This document shows, piece after piece, positions 49,569-60,378 of a stretch of 64,000 nt of DNA; the stretch's first letter is position 1; every line of letters starts with the position of its first letter. The DNA lies in contig CBDDFZ010000001.1 of NCBI GenBank assembly GCA_965227515.1, positions 1,408,001 to 1,472,000 on the forward strand. The letters run 5' to 3'. This stretch comes from Alphaproteobacteria bacterium (GTDB lineage: Bacteria; Pseudomonadota; Alphaproteobacteria; CALKHQ01). The notes beneath the pieces were generated by a model. The model was not told the DNA's origin and searched no databases. It worked only from the letters and a program-made list of their open reading frames with translations. Position numbers and translations under genes: made by a program.

Positions 49569-50243
49569 CTAAAACTTTTTGAAGATCCGTTTTTCGAGGT
49601 ATTGACATCTAAGTGTCTCGGACTCTTTTTGACTTCCCGAGTAGTCAAACTTGTAAATCTTCGCAAGTTCGGCCTTGGGAATGTATTGTGCGATTCCCCA
49701 ATACCCATACCGTTTGTCATCGTCCTGACCGCCTTGACCCCCGGGCGCACGCTGCGTCGGAGGCTGCCGGTCTCTCCTCCCCATGCTCTCTCCGGTAATG
49801 TGTTTGCCACCTACCGGGAACAATCCACCATTTGCATCACGCATACCTTCTATAAGACGCTTCGCTATTCCTTCTTGGCGCGCTTCTTTTCCCATATTTG
49901 ACATGAGTTGATAATATTCAGAGTCAGCACATTTGATTCTCCATTCGTTTTTTAAAGCGGTATCAAAAATAAGTCTAAGGGCACCGTGATCAAACTTCTG
50001 TGCCTGATCTATCATCAATTTGATAAGTTTTTCACTTGATTTTTCTTTTTCAAATTCTACTGGCATTTCCAAAAATAATGTTCGGTTTTCAGCCTTCCCA
50101 ATGTCTTCAATCAATTTTGCGCCAAAAGCAAATCCATGTGCTTTCCCGTGAGGTTCACTTACAATAGTCAGGCCTCCATACAATATATTATGCTTTGCCA
50201 TATTATATGCAGTCTCAGGGTCAGATTTGATCGTGGCGACCAT
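49569..50243 (-). CDS. Low-GC hypothetical protein with EreA/ChaN/TIKI-like motif pattern
   Basis: Intact 224-aa ORF in AT-rich DNA; IVSEPH, TLFLE, W.I..AD, R, VGGKH. Confidence 0.6.
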   Translation of the reverse strand: MVATIKSDPETAYNMAKHNILYGGLTIVSEPHGKAHGFAFGAKLIEDIGKAENRTLFLEMPVEFEKEKSSEKLIKLMIDQAQKFDHGALRLIFDTALKNEWRIKCADSEYYQLMSNMGKEARQEGIAKRLIEGMRDANGGLFPVGGKHITGESMGRRDRQPPTQRAPGGQGGQDDDKRYGYWGIAQYIPKAELAKIYKFDYSGSQKESETLRCQYLEKRIFKKF

Positions 50244-50790
50244 GTCGGAATCCTTTCCGCAACTCCGTTTCCCATCGCAGTGCCTGGATCAGGCTTGCGG
50301 CGGTTGTCAAAAGCCGACGCCTAGTCAATGCCGACTTGCACGTGTTTCCGATACAAGACGAGGCAATGCGACTACTCACCCTAATCTTCGCCGCCATCCC
50401 CCTATCTGCTGCCAGACGTTGAACAGGACATCCGGGTCGACCGGGGGTGAACGTGGATGCCGGGTTGAACCCTCCGGCCTCTGGTGCCATGTCGTCGGGT
50501 GCGCCCGCCACGTTGACGTTGCATACGAGTGCCGCGCCGCCCTCGACCGCGACCACCTGACAAGTCCGGCCACCTCCGCGAGATCGTGCTCGGCGACCGC
50601 CTGTTCGCAGTCAGCTTGCGCTCGGTATCGCCAGCATTGGTAACTGGAACGCCAGGGGATGTCGTGATCCGAGAATCTTAACTTCGTTGCACCTCCGTCC
50701 CAACAAGCCGACTAGGCCGGGCGAGATGCGCAACTGGCAGGTTCAGTCGGTAATGACTGCACCTGGATCGTCCGGTCTGGCCCCTGCGCT

Positions 50791-51516
50791 CTAAGTTTTT
50801 TTTCGGAAGGGGAGAAGATCGGTGGAGTCCGGCCGGGACGCGATCGAAATGTCGCCGGAAGCGCGGTCCTGGGAGCGTGTTCCCACGATGCTTCCCGGGC
50901 TGAAGCCGAACTTCCTCTGAAACTCGCGGCTAAAATGACTGACCGAGGAGAAGCCCCAGGCATCCGCAACCGCCTTCTGTTCGGCCTTGGTGATGTGATC
51001 GAGACTCTCGAAGACGTTGAGGACCGTGCTACGCAGAATCCGACCGACCGCACCCTCGCGGGGCACTGTCATTTCGCGCGGATGTCTGTCCCTGTCGTAG
51101 CCGACGAGGTCATGGGAGATCAGGAAGCCAAAGACGCTGGCATTGGTTGTGCGGGACATGTGCGCGCGCGAGAAATCCAGTACGTGCAGATCGCCCGGCA
51201 TGATCGTGTAGGCCTGGCCGTCGATATCGCCTTCCAGGATGCCTCTTGTGTAGATCTGGATCAGCAGGCTGTCGGCGACGTTGACCGCATGCTTGACCTG
51301 ATGATTGAAGACGTGGCTGCCAAACGTCGCCTCCATCATCACCAGATTGTCCAGAAGCCAGGCATCGGCGGATTGGACAGGCAGTTCGATGCCCTTCCGG
51401 ATTGCCGATACGTTGAACAGCGGCCGCGTGATGTCGCCCCACAGGTCGAAGCGCTCCTCGTTGGACACGCCGTCCAACCGCAGCCCGACCTTGTCCAGTT
51501 TGGGTGCCTCGGTCAT
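50791..51516 (-). pseudogene. AraC family regulator (FeaR-like) with in-frame deletion of the first HTH
   Basis: ERFD.W...PG....LD.S sensor domain joined directly to VADAWGFSS.SHFSR.F...FG.SP. Confidence 0.7.
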
Positions 51517-51897
51517 GGCCGACGAGATGCCATGCGACCAAGGCTAGGCACCCATCGGCAGTGCAACTCCGCCGAGTGGACCACATGCATGACGACGGTT
51601 CCCCAAAACCGGCGGTGCCCTTTTCAGGCCAAGCCCACACCAACAAGCTAATCGCAAAGGTTGTACCAATTATTAGACCAAAAAGTCCAGATTGCTGAAG
51701 CAGAGCAGCAGACAGGAGGCCCCTGTCGCCTCCCCCTTCGGATCAGTGATCTCGGGGCCGGGTCATGGCAGCATGCATCTGCTGCCCCCGCCAGAAATAC
51801 GTCAGAAGCGAATGATAAACGTGCGTGGAATGCGTGTGTGGGCGCGCCCTGCCCATAACGCTTTGATATTACAATATGATTGTCAGCCGGTGAGATA

Positions 51898-51973
51898 TGG
51901 CGACCCCTACGGGATTCGAACCCGTGTTGCCGCCGTGAAAGGGCGGTGTCCTAGGCCTCTAGACGAAGGGGTC
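51898..51973 (-). tRNA. tRNA-Glu (TTC)
   Basis: GACCCCTTCGTCTAGAGGCCTAGGACACCGCCC-TTTCAC-GGCGG...GGTTCGAATCC...CCA, 76 nt. Confidence 0.97.
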
Positions 51974-52167
51974 GTAAGCGACGCAGGAGATAGGCGACGC
52001 GGGCGCGTAGGTCAAGCCGGTTCGCAGCAAGTGTCGAGAGCGGTACGGCGACTTGCCGGCACGGCGAAACCGAGTCAGCATGGCCACGTGAGGGTGTCGC
52101 AAGACCCAGCCAGCGTGATGTGCACCATGAGGCCGGCGCAAACTCGGCGCACCGCGGCCACGGAGCG

Positions 52168-53319
52168 ATGGCAATGGCGAAAAAGCCAAGCATCTATCCC
52201 GTCGGCGATTTCAACGCGGACTACCAGGAGGCTCTGGTCGCCAGCGGCTTGGTGGACGATGTCGTCGACACGTCGGACTTGGCACCCCATCCGTTCCGGT
52301 ATGCGGAGGGCGAGTATATCTGCCGGCACGGCGACCCGGCGGAATGTCTCTGGATCATCGTGAACGGTTCGGTTGCGGTCAGGCAGGCCGGACACACGCT
52401 GTCCGTCCGCCGGCGCAACGAGGTCGTGGGAGAGCAGCATCTGGTCGGCAACGGCTATCGGCGCATATACGACCTTGTCGCCGTGGAGAACACGGTGGAG
52501 GTGTTGTCCATCGACAAGGCCAGGATCGAGCAGCATCCGGAAGCCGCCGTGATCTGGCGCAACATCGCCAGGATCGTCTCCACCAAGTTGCGCAGCGCGA
52601 CCAAGAAGACAGCGTCGCTCGGCAGGCAGCTTGCCGACGATACGCGGATACTACACGCCTACACCAATGAGTACGCACTGCAGCGGCGGCTGCAGGCTGG
52701 CGGCATGCAGCAGGCGGAGTATCAGGTCGACAGGGCGATCATCTGGTTTTCCGACGTGGTCGATTTCAGCCAGTACACACTCAGCATGGCGCCCGATCGC
52801 GTCGCCGATATCGTCCAGCGGTTCTTCAATGCCCAATCGCTGCCGATCATCTCGCGCGGCGGCCACATCGACAAGTTCATGGGCGATGGCATGATGGCCT
52901 TTTGGGTGCTTCAGCCAACCGCGACGGACGCGCGCCACGAATGCCTGGAGGCCCTGCGCGCTGCGGAGGAGGCAGCGGCGGCCGTGGCCCAGATCCGGGT
53001 CGGCAACACGCCACTCGCGCTGCGGATCGGGCTTCACCTCGGCATGGTGGTCAGCGGCGATTTCGGCTCGGTGGCCCGGCACCAGTTCACGCTTATCGGG
53101 ACCGAGGTCAACAAGGCCGCGCGATTAGAACAGATCCATGTCTCAGACCTGATCGACGGCCCGGCCGACATCGGGTCCATTCGGCTGAGCCGCGAGTTCC
53201 ACAGCGAGTTGTCGGCCCCGGTGCAGAAGAAATACGCGCTGCGTACCGTCGCCCGGGCGAAGAATATGGAAGCGCTCGAGTTCTACTCCGCGCCGCCGGA
53301 CGCTGCATTGCGGTCATAA
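52168..53319 (+). CDS. Class III adenylate/guanylate cyclase with N-terminal cNMP-binding domain
   Basis: GEYICRHGD...I..G.V...VGE...R cNMP domain; FSDVVDFS, DKFMGDG, RIGLH.G, FTLIG.EVN.AARLE. Confidence 0.9.
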   Translation: MAMAKKPSIYPVGDFNADYQEALVASGLVDDVVDTSDLAPHPFRYAEGEYICRHGDPAECLWIIVNGSVAVRQAGHTLSVRRRNEVVGEQHLVGNGYRRIYDLVAVENTVEVLSIDKARIEQHPEAAVIWRNIARIVSTKLRSATKKTASLGRQLADDTRILHAYTNEYALQRRLQAGGMQQAEYQVDRAIIWFSDVVDFSQYTLSMAPDRVADIVQRFFNAQSLPIISRGGHIDKFMGDGMMAFWVLQPTATDARHECLEALRAAEEAAAAVAQIRVGNTPLALRIGLHLGMVVSGDFGSVARHQFTLIGTEVNKAARLEQIHVSDLIDGPADIGSIRLSREFHSELSAPVQKKYALRTVARAKNMEALEFYSAPPDAALRS

Positions 53320-53349
53320 GTCAGGTTCAGCTTGCGCTGACTCTGGTTT

Positions 53350-53417
53350 GGCCCTCACCCCCACCCGGCGCCCGTCGGTATACCATCGTTGGGTGGCCGG
53401 GTAGGAGAGAGGGCCGG
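53350..53417. repeat. REP-like palindrome, family C
   Basis: ggccctcacccccacccggc...tgggtggccgggtaggagagagggccgg. Confidence 0.72.
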
Positions 53418-53451
53418 TGCCGACAGAGGTGCCGACAGAATAGATGAAGTC

Positions 53452-54231
53452 CTAACCCCTGATGCTGTCGACGTCGCCGTCGACGCAAAAGGTCTGGCCG
53501 GAGATGTGCTTGCCGGCATCGGAACAGGCGAACAGCGCGGTATTGGCGATGTCCTGCGCCGTCACCATCACCTTGAGCGACGCCATGTTGACGTAGATCT
53601 CGCGCTGTTGCTCGAAGCTCACCCCGCGCTGCTCGGCCTTCGCCGCGATCACCCGGTCGATGCGCGGCCCCTCGACCACGCCGGGCAGGATCGCGTTCAC
53701 CCGGATACCGTCGCGTCCCAACTCGGCCGACAGCGACTTGGTGAACCCCACCACCGCCCACTTCGACGCGGCATAGGGGGTGCGCAGCGGGTAGCCCAGC
53801 CGCCCGGCGAGCGACGACAGGTTGACGATCGAGCCGCTGCCGGCCGCCCGCAGCATGGGCACGGCGTATTTGGCGCACAGGAACTGGCCGTTGATGTTCA
53901 CCGCCAAGGTCTGCTCCCAGTCCGAGATGGCGATCTCTTCCACCGGCAGGGTCGGCCCGGCGATGCCGGCATTGTTGATCAGGATGTCAAGCCCGCCGAG
54001 GTTGTGGCCGACCGCGTCGAACAGTGCCGCCACGTCATCCGGCTTGCTGACGTCGGCGCGCGAGGTGGTGATCGCGGGGTGGGCGCCGGCGATTTCGGCC
54101 AGGGCGGCATCGTCGATGTCGCAGACATGGATGCGCGCGCCGGCCTCCAGGAACGTCTCGGCGATGACGCGCCCGATGCCGGCCGCACCGGCGGTGATCA
54201 GGACGCGGGCGCCGTCAAGGCGAGTGTTCAT
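53452..54231 (-). CDS. SDR family oxidoreductase
   Basis: ITAGAAGIG, NNAG, YAASK, RVNAILPG. Confidence 0.92.
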   Translation of the reverse strand: MNTRLDGARVLITAGAAGIGRVIAETFLEAGARIHVCDIDDAALAEIAGAHPAITTSRADVSKPDDVAALFDAVGHNLGGLDILINNAGIAGPTLPVEEIAISDWEQTLAVNINGQFLCAKYAVPMLRAAGSGSIVNLSSLAGRLGYPLRTPYAASKWAVVGFTKSLSAELGRDGIRVNAILPGVVEGPRIDRVIAAKAEQRGVSFEQQREIYVNMASLKVMVTAQDIANTALFACSDAGKHISGQTFCVDGDVDSIRG

Positions 54232-54279
54232 GCGGTTTCCTCCAGGATTGTTTGTATTGAGCCGGAGCGTGCCGGCGGG

Positions 54280-55152
54280 TCACTCCGGCCGGGTGGCCAA
54301 GACATATAGACAGATCGCTGCCGCGTTGGAGACGTTCAGCTCCGCGAGGCGCGGGTCGGTGGGCAGCCGCACCAGGGCCTGGCAGCGCTCGCGGGTCAGC
54401 CGCCGCAGCCCGCTGCCCTCCGCGCCCAGCACCAGGGCCACCGGCCCCGAGACATCGGCATCGGCGATGGCGGTGCCGCCCGTGTGATCGAGCCCGATGG
54501 TAAGGAACCCGCGGTCCGCCAGTTCGCCCAGCGCGCGGGCCAGGTTGGTCACCGGCACCAGGGGCACGATCTCCAGCGCGCCGCTGGCCGCCTTGGCCAG
54601 GGTGCCGTTGGCCGGGGGCGCATGGCGCGACTGCACGACCACCGCCTTGGCGGAGAACGCTGCCGAGGAGCGCAGGATGGCGCCGACATTGTGCGGATCG
54701 GTCACCTGGTCGAGGACCAGGATCACATCGTTGCCGTCGCAGGTCTCCAGCACCTCGTCCAACCCCAGCGCCGGCAACGGGTCGACCAGAAGGGCGAGGC
54801 CCTGGTGCACGGCGTCGGGCGGCAGTGCCGCCTCCAGGGTCGCACGGTCGACGGTCTGCGGGGCGACCTGGCGCCGCTTCGCCAATGCGGTCAGGCCGGC
54901 ATCCAGGCGCTGGCGCGTCAGCAGGCGGCGGATGCGGCGATGCTCGTTGGCCAATGCCGCGCGCACCGCGTGGACGCCATAGAGCCATATCGCGTCGGCT
55001 TCGGTGAACGGCTGACCGCGCGCCGGCAGGTGCGCCACGGTGTGCGACGGGGTCGGCCGCCGGTCCTTGGCCTTGCCGGCATGCTTGCCGGGCGGCTTGC
55101 CGCGCGCACCGGCCGTGCGCTTATGGGTCGATGGCTCTTTACGCCGCGCCAT
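54280..55152 (-). CDS. rlmB: 23S rRNA (Gm2251) 2'-O-methyltransferase
   Basis: YG.HAV.AAL, HQG, LD.VTDPHN.GAI.RS, KAASGA, GAEG.GLR, LNVSNA. Confidence 0.92.
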   Translation of the reverse strand: MARRKEPSTHKRTAGARGKPPGKHAGKAKDRRPTPSHTVAHLPARGQPFTEADAIWLYGVHAVRAALANEHRRIRRLLTRQRLDAGLTALAKRRQVAPQTVDRATLEAALPPDAVHQGLALLVDPLPALGLDEVLETCDGNDVILVLDQVTDPHNVGAILRSSAAFSAKAVVVQSRHAPPANGTLAKAASGALEIVPLVPVTNLARALGELADRGFLTIGLDHTGGTAIADADVSGPVALVLGAEGSGLRRLTRERCQALVRLPTDPRLAELNVSNAAAICLYVLATRPE

Positions 55153-55431
55153 GCACGCCCCATATCACGTGTCCGCTGGCGCCCGGACCATGGTGCGGGC
55201 GTGAGGCGCGGTGCGGGCGTTCGGCCGTAATCATGCCGCATTGGTACAATAGGTGCCGCCCGGTCACAATTGGCCGGTCACAATTGGTTGCCTTGGCGTG
55301 TGCACCGTATGTCGTTCGGCGCCACGCGCCATGCTGTTGCCGGCCGATCTGTTGCGGATTTCCAGTGCGCCGATGGTCTGGCCGCGCTGGAAGCGGCTTC
55401 GGAAAAGCGGCCGGCTTGGGCGTGTTTGCTA

Positions 55432-55461
55432 TTGACACTAACGGCCCATTGGCCATAAATC
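55432..55461 (+). promoter_or_regulatory. Sigma70 promoter of the tRNA-tuf operon
   Basis: Consensus TTGACA, cataaat -10 region, GC-rich discriminator cgcgcg. Confidence 0.6.
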
Positions 55462-55528
55462 GCGCGTTCGGTGCCGGGGCTGCTCGCGCGCCGACGATGC
55501 ATTTGTGGCTGCAGTCCGAAACATGTCA

Positions 55529-55613
55529 GGAGGGATGCCCGAGTGGTTAAAGGGGACGGGCTGTAAACCCGTTGGCTTAGCCTACGTTGGTTCGAATCCA
55601 ACTCCCTCCACCA
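55529..55613 (+). tRNA. tRNA-Tyr (GTA)
   Basis: GGAGGGATGCCCGAGTGG...CTGTAAA...GGTTCGAATCC...CCA, long variable arm. Confidence 0.97.
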
Positions 55614-55733
55614 CGTGTTTCATAGTAATTGGGCGGCACCATCTGACGGCACATCGACGGTTGAAGATCGGCGGTTTACGTGGGCAAGACGAATGGGCGG
55701 ATTTGCGGCCGGTCGAACCGCGCACACGGTAAA

Positions 55734-55807
55734 GCGGGTGTAGCTCAATGGTAGAGCCCCAGCCTTCCAAGCTGGTTACGTGGGTTCGATTCCCATCACC
55801 CGCTCCA
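55734..55807 (+). tRNA. tRNA-Gly (TCC)
   Basis: GCGGGTGTAGCTCAATGGTAGAGC...TTCCAA...GGTTCGATTCC...CCA. Confidence 0.97.
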
Positions 55808-55900
55808 GCCGGCCGAAGGTTGCTGCACGACTAACTTGGTCACAACTGGCCCCCTGACCGGGGCCGTCGACAACATCGAACATCAGGGCGCTGAATTACC

Positions 55901-57091
<1,191 letters not shown>

Positions 57092-57153
57092 TGAGGGCTC
57101 GAGCCGACCGGCGATAGCGGGCACGGGCGCAACCGAAAGATGGAGCCGACTGT

Positions 57154-57229
57154 AGGAGTGTAGCTCAACTGGTAGAGCACCGGTCTCCAAAACCGGGGGC
57201 TGGGGGTTCGAGTCCCTCCACTCCTGCCA
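57154..57229 (+). tRNA. tRNA-Trp (CCA)
   Basis: AGGAGTGTAGCTCAACTGGTAGAGC...CTCCAAA...GGTTCGAGTCC...CCA. Confidence 0.97.
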
Positions 57230-57333
57230 CCGCCTGGATGGCGCCACACCGGCGCCGCCGCGGGCCAGGCACCGACAAAAGACGATGGCCGAAGGGCGGC
57301 ATGCCGCCCGGGGGCCGCACGGCGAAGGATTAG

Positions 57334-57531
57334 ATGGCGAAGACAAACCCAGCGCAGTTCATCCGCCAGGTCAGGTCGGAGGTGTCGAAGGTCACGTGGC
57401 CGACGCGCAAGGAAACCACCGTCTCCACCATCATGGTCCTGATCATGGTGGTGCTGGCCGCGCTGTTCTTCCTGGTGGTCGACCAGGTGCTGGGCTGGGG
57501 CGTGCGCAACATCCTGTCACTGGGGGGCTGA
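57334..57531 (+). CDS. secE: Preprotein translocase subunit SecE
   Basis: E..KVTWPTRKE plus one TM helix; synteny. Confidence 0.95.
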   Translation: MAKTNPAQFIRQVRSEVSKVTWPTRKETTVSTIMVLIMVVLAALFFLVVDQVLGWGVRNILSLGG

Positions 57532-57533
57532 CC

Positions 57534-58064
57534 ATGGCGGCCCACTGGTATGTGCTGCACGTTTACTCCGGCTTCGAGCAGAAGGTCGCGCAGTCGATCC
57601 GCGAGCAGTCGCTGGCCAAGGGGCTGGACGACGAGATCGTGGAAGTCTCGGTGCCGACGGAGGAGATCGTCGAGCTGCGCCGTGGCCGCAAGGTCAATGC
57701 GGAGCGCAAGTTCTTCCCCGGCTACGTGCTGATCAAGATGGAGTTGAGCGACGAGGCTTGGCATCTGGTCAAGAACACGCCGAAGGTCACCGGCTTCCTG
57801 GGCACCGGCAATCGGCCGTCGCCGATTTCGGAGTCCGAGGCCGAGCGGATCGTGCGCCAGGTGCAGGAAGGCGTGGAGCGGCCGAAGCCGTCGATCACCT
57901 TCGAGATCGGCGAGCAGGTGCGTGTGTGCGACGGGCCGTTCACGTCGTTCAACGGCCTGGTGGAAGACATCGACGAGGAGCGCGCGCGCCTGAAGGTGGC
58001 GGTGTCGATCTTCGGACGCTCGACCCCGGTCGAGCTGGAATACGGCCAGGTCGAAAAGACCTGA
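57534..58064 (+). CDS. nusG: Transcription antitermination factor NusG
   Basis: WYV.H.YSGFE, FPGYV, TPKVTGF, KOW DGPF, IFGR.TPVEL. Confidence 0.97.
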   Translation: MAAHWYVLHVYSGFEQKVAQSIREQSLAKGLDDEIVEVSVPTEEIVELRRGRKVNAERKFFPGYVLIKMELSDEAWHLVKNTPKVTGFLGTGNRPSPISESEAERIVRQVQEGVERPKPSITFEIGEQVRVCDGPFTSFNGLVEDIDEERARLKVAVSIFGRSTPVELEYGQVEKT

Positions 58065-58104
58065 GTTGAATTGTTTGTGCGATGAGCCTGGCTCATCGCG
58101 CGCA

Positions 58105-58174
58105 CCGGCCCTCTGCCCCATCCGGCCGCCGCGACGATCGTGTCGTTGAGCGGCCGGGTGGGGCAGAGGGCTGG
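58105..58174. repeat. REP-like palindrome, family C, between nusG and rplK
   Basis: ccggccctctgccccatccggccgc...gcggccgggtggggcagagggctgg. Confidence 0.72.
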
Positions 58175-58302
58175 CCCAAACTTCGACCGCAGCGTGGTCG
58201 GAGAAATACGCGGGAGGCGCGGCCGAAGCCCTGGTCCGCCGTACCGCAAACCCCGCGCGCACGGAATGGTCTGTGTGCGGACATGCGAAGGGAACATAGG
58301 CA

Positions 58303-58734
58303 ATGGCAAAGAAAATAGCCGGCTACATCAAGCTGACTATTCCCGCCGGCGCGGCCTCGCCCGCGCCACCGGTGGGTCCGGCTTTGGGTCAGCGCGGCAT
58401 TCAGATCGGTGAGTTCGTCAAGGCGTTCAACGCCGCGACGGAAAAGATGGAACGCGGCATGCCGATCCCGGTCGTCATCACCGCGTATGCCGACCGCTCG
58501 TTCAGCTTCATTACCAAGACGCCGCCGGCGAGCTATTTCCTGAAGCAGGCCGCCGGCCTGCCCAAGGGCGGGCAGACGCCGGGCAAGGCGGTGGCCGGCC
58601 GGGTGACGATGGCGCAGGTGCGCGAGATCGCCGAGAAGAAGATGGAAGATCTGAACGCCAACGACATCGACCAGGCGGCGAAGATCATCATGGGCTCGGC
58701 GCGGTCCATGGGTCTTGAAGTGGTGGGGGGCTGA
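58303..58734 (+). CDS. rplK: 50S ribosomal protein L11
   Basis: [24 protein letters not shown]. Confidence 0.98.
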   Translation: MAKKIAGYIKLTIPAGAASPAPPVGPALGQRGIQIGEFVKAFNAATEKMERGMPIPVVITAYADRSFSFITKTPPASYFLKQAAGLPKGGQTPGKAVAGRVTMAQVREIAEKKMEDLNANDIDQAAKIIMGSARSMGLEVVGG

Positions 58735-58737
58735 GCG

Positions 58738-59463
58738 ATGGCGAAACGCAGCAAGCGCATGGCGGCCGCCCTGGAGGGCGTCGACCGCAATGAGTTCCAC
58801 TCGCTCGACGACGCGATCGCGGCTGTGAAAGAGCGCGCGACCGCCAAGTTCGACGAGACCATCGAGATCGCGATGCGGCTGGGAGTCGACGTCCGCCACT
58901 CCGACCAGACCGTGCGCGGCGCGACCGTGCTGCCGAACGGCACCGGCAAGTCGGTGAAGCTGGCGGTGTTCGCGCGCGGCGACAAGGCGGCCGAGGCCGA
59001 GGCGGCCGGTGCCGACGTGGTCGGTGCCGACGATCTGGCCGAGCAGGTGCAGTCCGGCAACTTCGACTTCGAGCGCGTGATCGCGACCCCGGACATGATG
59101 CCGGTGGTCGGCAAGCTGGGCCGTGTGCTGGGCCCGCGCGGCCTGATGCCGAACCCGAAGCTGGGCACCGTCACCAACGACGTGACCGAGGCGGTGAAGG
59201 CGGCCAAGGGCGGCCAGGTGCAGTTCCGCGCCGAGAAGGCGGGCATCGTGCACGCCGGCATCGGCAAGGCGAGCTTCTCGGTCGAGCAGCTGCAGCAGAA
59301 CGCGCACGCCTTCGTCGACGCGATCAACAAGGCCAAGCCCGCGGGCGCCAAGGGCACCTACATCAAGGGCATCTCGGTCACCTCGTCGATGGGGCCGAGC
59401 TTCAAGGTCGACGTCGCGAGCGCGCTTGCGTCCGCGTCTCCGGTCGCCGAGGCGGCCGAATAG
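58738..59463 (+). CDS. rplA: 50S ribosomal protein L1
   Basis: KFDET, VRG...[21 protein letters not shown]. Confidence 0.98.
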   Translation: MAKRSKRMAAALEGVDRNEFHSLDDAIAAVKERATAKFDETIEIAMRLGVDVRHSDQTVRGATVLPNGTGKSVKLAVFARGDKAAEAEAAGADVVGADDLAEQVQSGNFDFERVIATPDMMPVVGKLGRVLGPRGLMPNPKLGTVTNDVTEAVKAAKGGQVQFRAEKAGIVHAGIGKASFSVEQLQQNAHAFVDAINKAKPAGAKGTYIKGISVTSSMGPSFKVDVASALASASPVAEAAE

Positions 59464-59570
59464 GCCCATCGGGCCAATGGATTTCGGCGTCGCGACCGCG
59501 GCGTCAATCTGAGATTCCGGCATCGCCTCGGCGGTGTCGGGACCGAACCGGGCCAAGCGTCCGGTTCAAC

Positions 59571-59633
59571 CTGTCCGAGATTGCAGGTGCGAGCCCGGTG
59601 CGCCGGATCGCTTAAACCGCCTGCATGAGACAG
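59571..59633 (+). promoter_or_regulatory. L10 leader (rplJ autoregulatory RNA)
   Basis: ctgtc..GAGAT.gcagg....cttaa..cctgc..gagacag stem pattern upstream of rplJ. Confidence 0.6.
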
Positions 59634-59791
59634 AGCCCATCCCGGGCCGGCCGTATGCATCGCAAGATGCGCCATGGCCGTTCGGGGGTGTCGTTCTGGG
59701 ACAGGGCGACAAGGACCGGGCAGCCGCCCGGTTCAATGCAACCGATCGACTGACCGCATACGCGGCGGCCGATCAACAGCGGAGACGGGTT

Positions 59792-60337
59792 TTGGACCGT
59801 GCACGCAAGGAAGCGTTGGTCAGTTCGCTTCACGAGACCTTCGCCGGTGCTGGGGTGGTGGTTGTCACCCACAATGCCGGGCTGTCGGTCGCGCAAATGA
59901 GCGATCTGCGCCGGCGCATGCGCGACGCAGGGGCCAGCTTCAAGGTGACGAAGAACCGGCTCGCGCGCATCGCCCTGGAAGGAACGCCTTACGCCGACAT
60001 CGGTGACCTGTTCACAGGCCCCACCGGCGTCGCATTCAGCTCAGACCCGGTGGCCGCCGCCAAGGTGGTGGTCGACTACGCCAACGAGAACGACCGTTTC
60101 ACGATCGTTGGCGGCGGGCTTGGCAGTGTTGCCATCGATGCTGAAGGCGTTAAGGCGCTGGCGAAAATGCCGCCCATCGAGGAACTGCGCGCGAAACTGT
60201 TGGCCGTCATTGTGGCTCCGGCTTCGCAGATTGTCGGCATCCTGCCGGCGCCGGCGACCAAGGTCGCAGGCGTTGTCAGTGCGGGTGCCGCCAAGCTCGT
60301 ACGTGTTCTGCAGGCACGCGCCGCGCAGGCCGAATAG
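59792..60337 (+). CDS. rplJ: 50S ribosomal protein L10
   Basis: MDR..K, GL.V.QM..LR, KV.KNRL, GPT; TTG after GGAGA. Confidence 0.95.
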   Translation: MDRARKEALVSSLHETFAGAGVVVVTHNAGLSVAQMSDLRRRMRDAGASFKVTKNRLARIALEGTPYADIGDLFTGPTGVAFSSDPVAAAKVVVDYANENDRFTIVGGGLGSVAIDAEGVKALAKMPPIEELRAKLLAVIVAPASQIVGILPAPATKVAGVVSAGAAKLVRVLQARAAQAE

Positions 60338-60378
60338 GGCGACATACACCCTGAACCAGACTTTGGAGATGAACGACC

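Noticed and set aside
50376-50640. RHSYAT peptide suggesting a tyrosine integrase remnant
   Set aside because: No preceding H-x-L or downstream LGH/Y motif and the flanking sequence is not integrase-like; could be chance or an unrelated gene fragment.
52168-53319. Pycsar/CBASS-type defence system
   Set aside because: The cyclase has adenine-specifying Lys/Thr, and no adjacent TIR or transmembrane effector gene is present.
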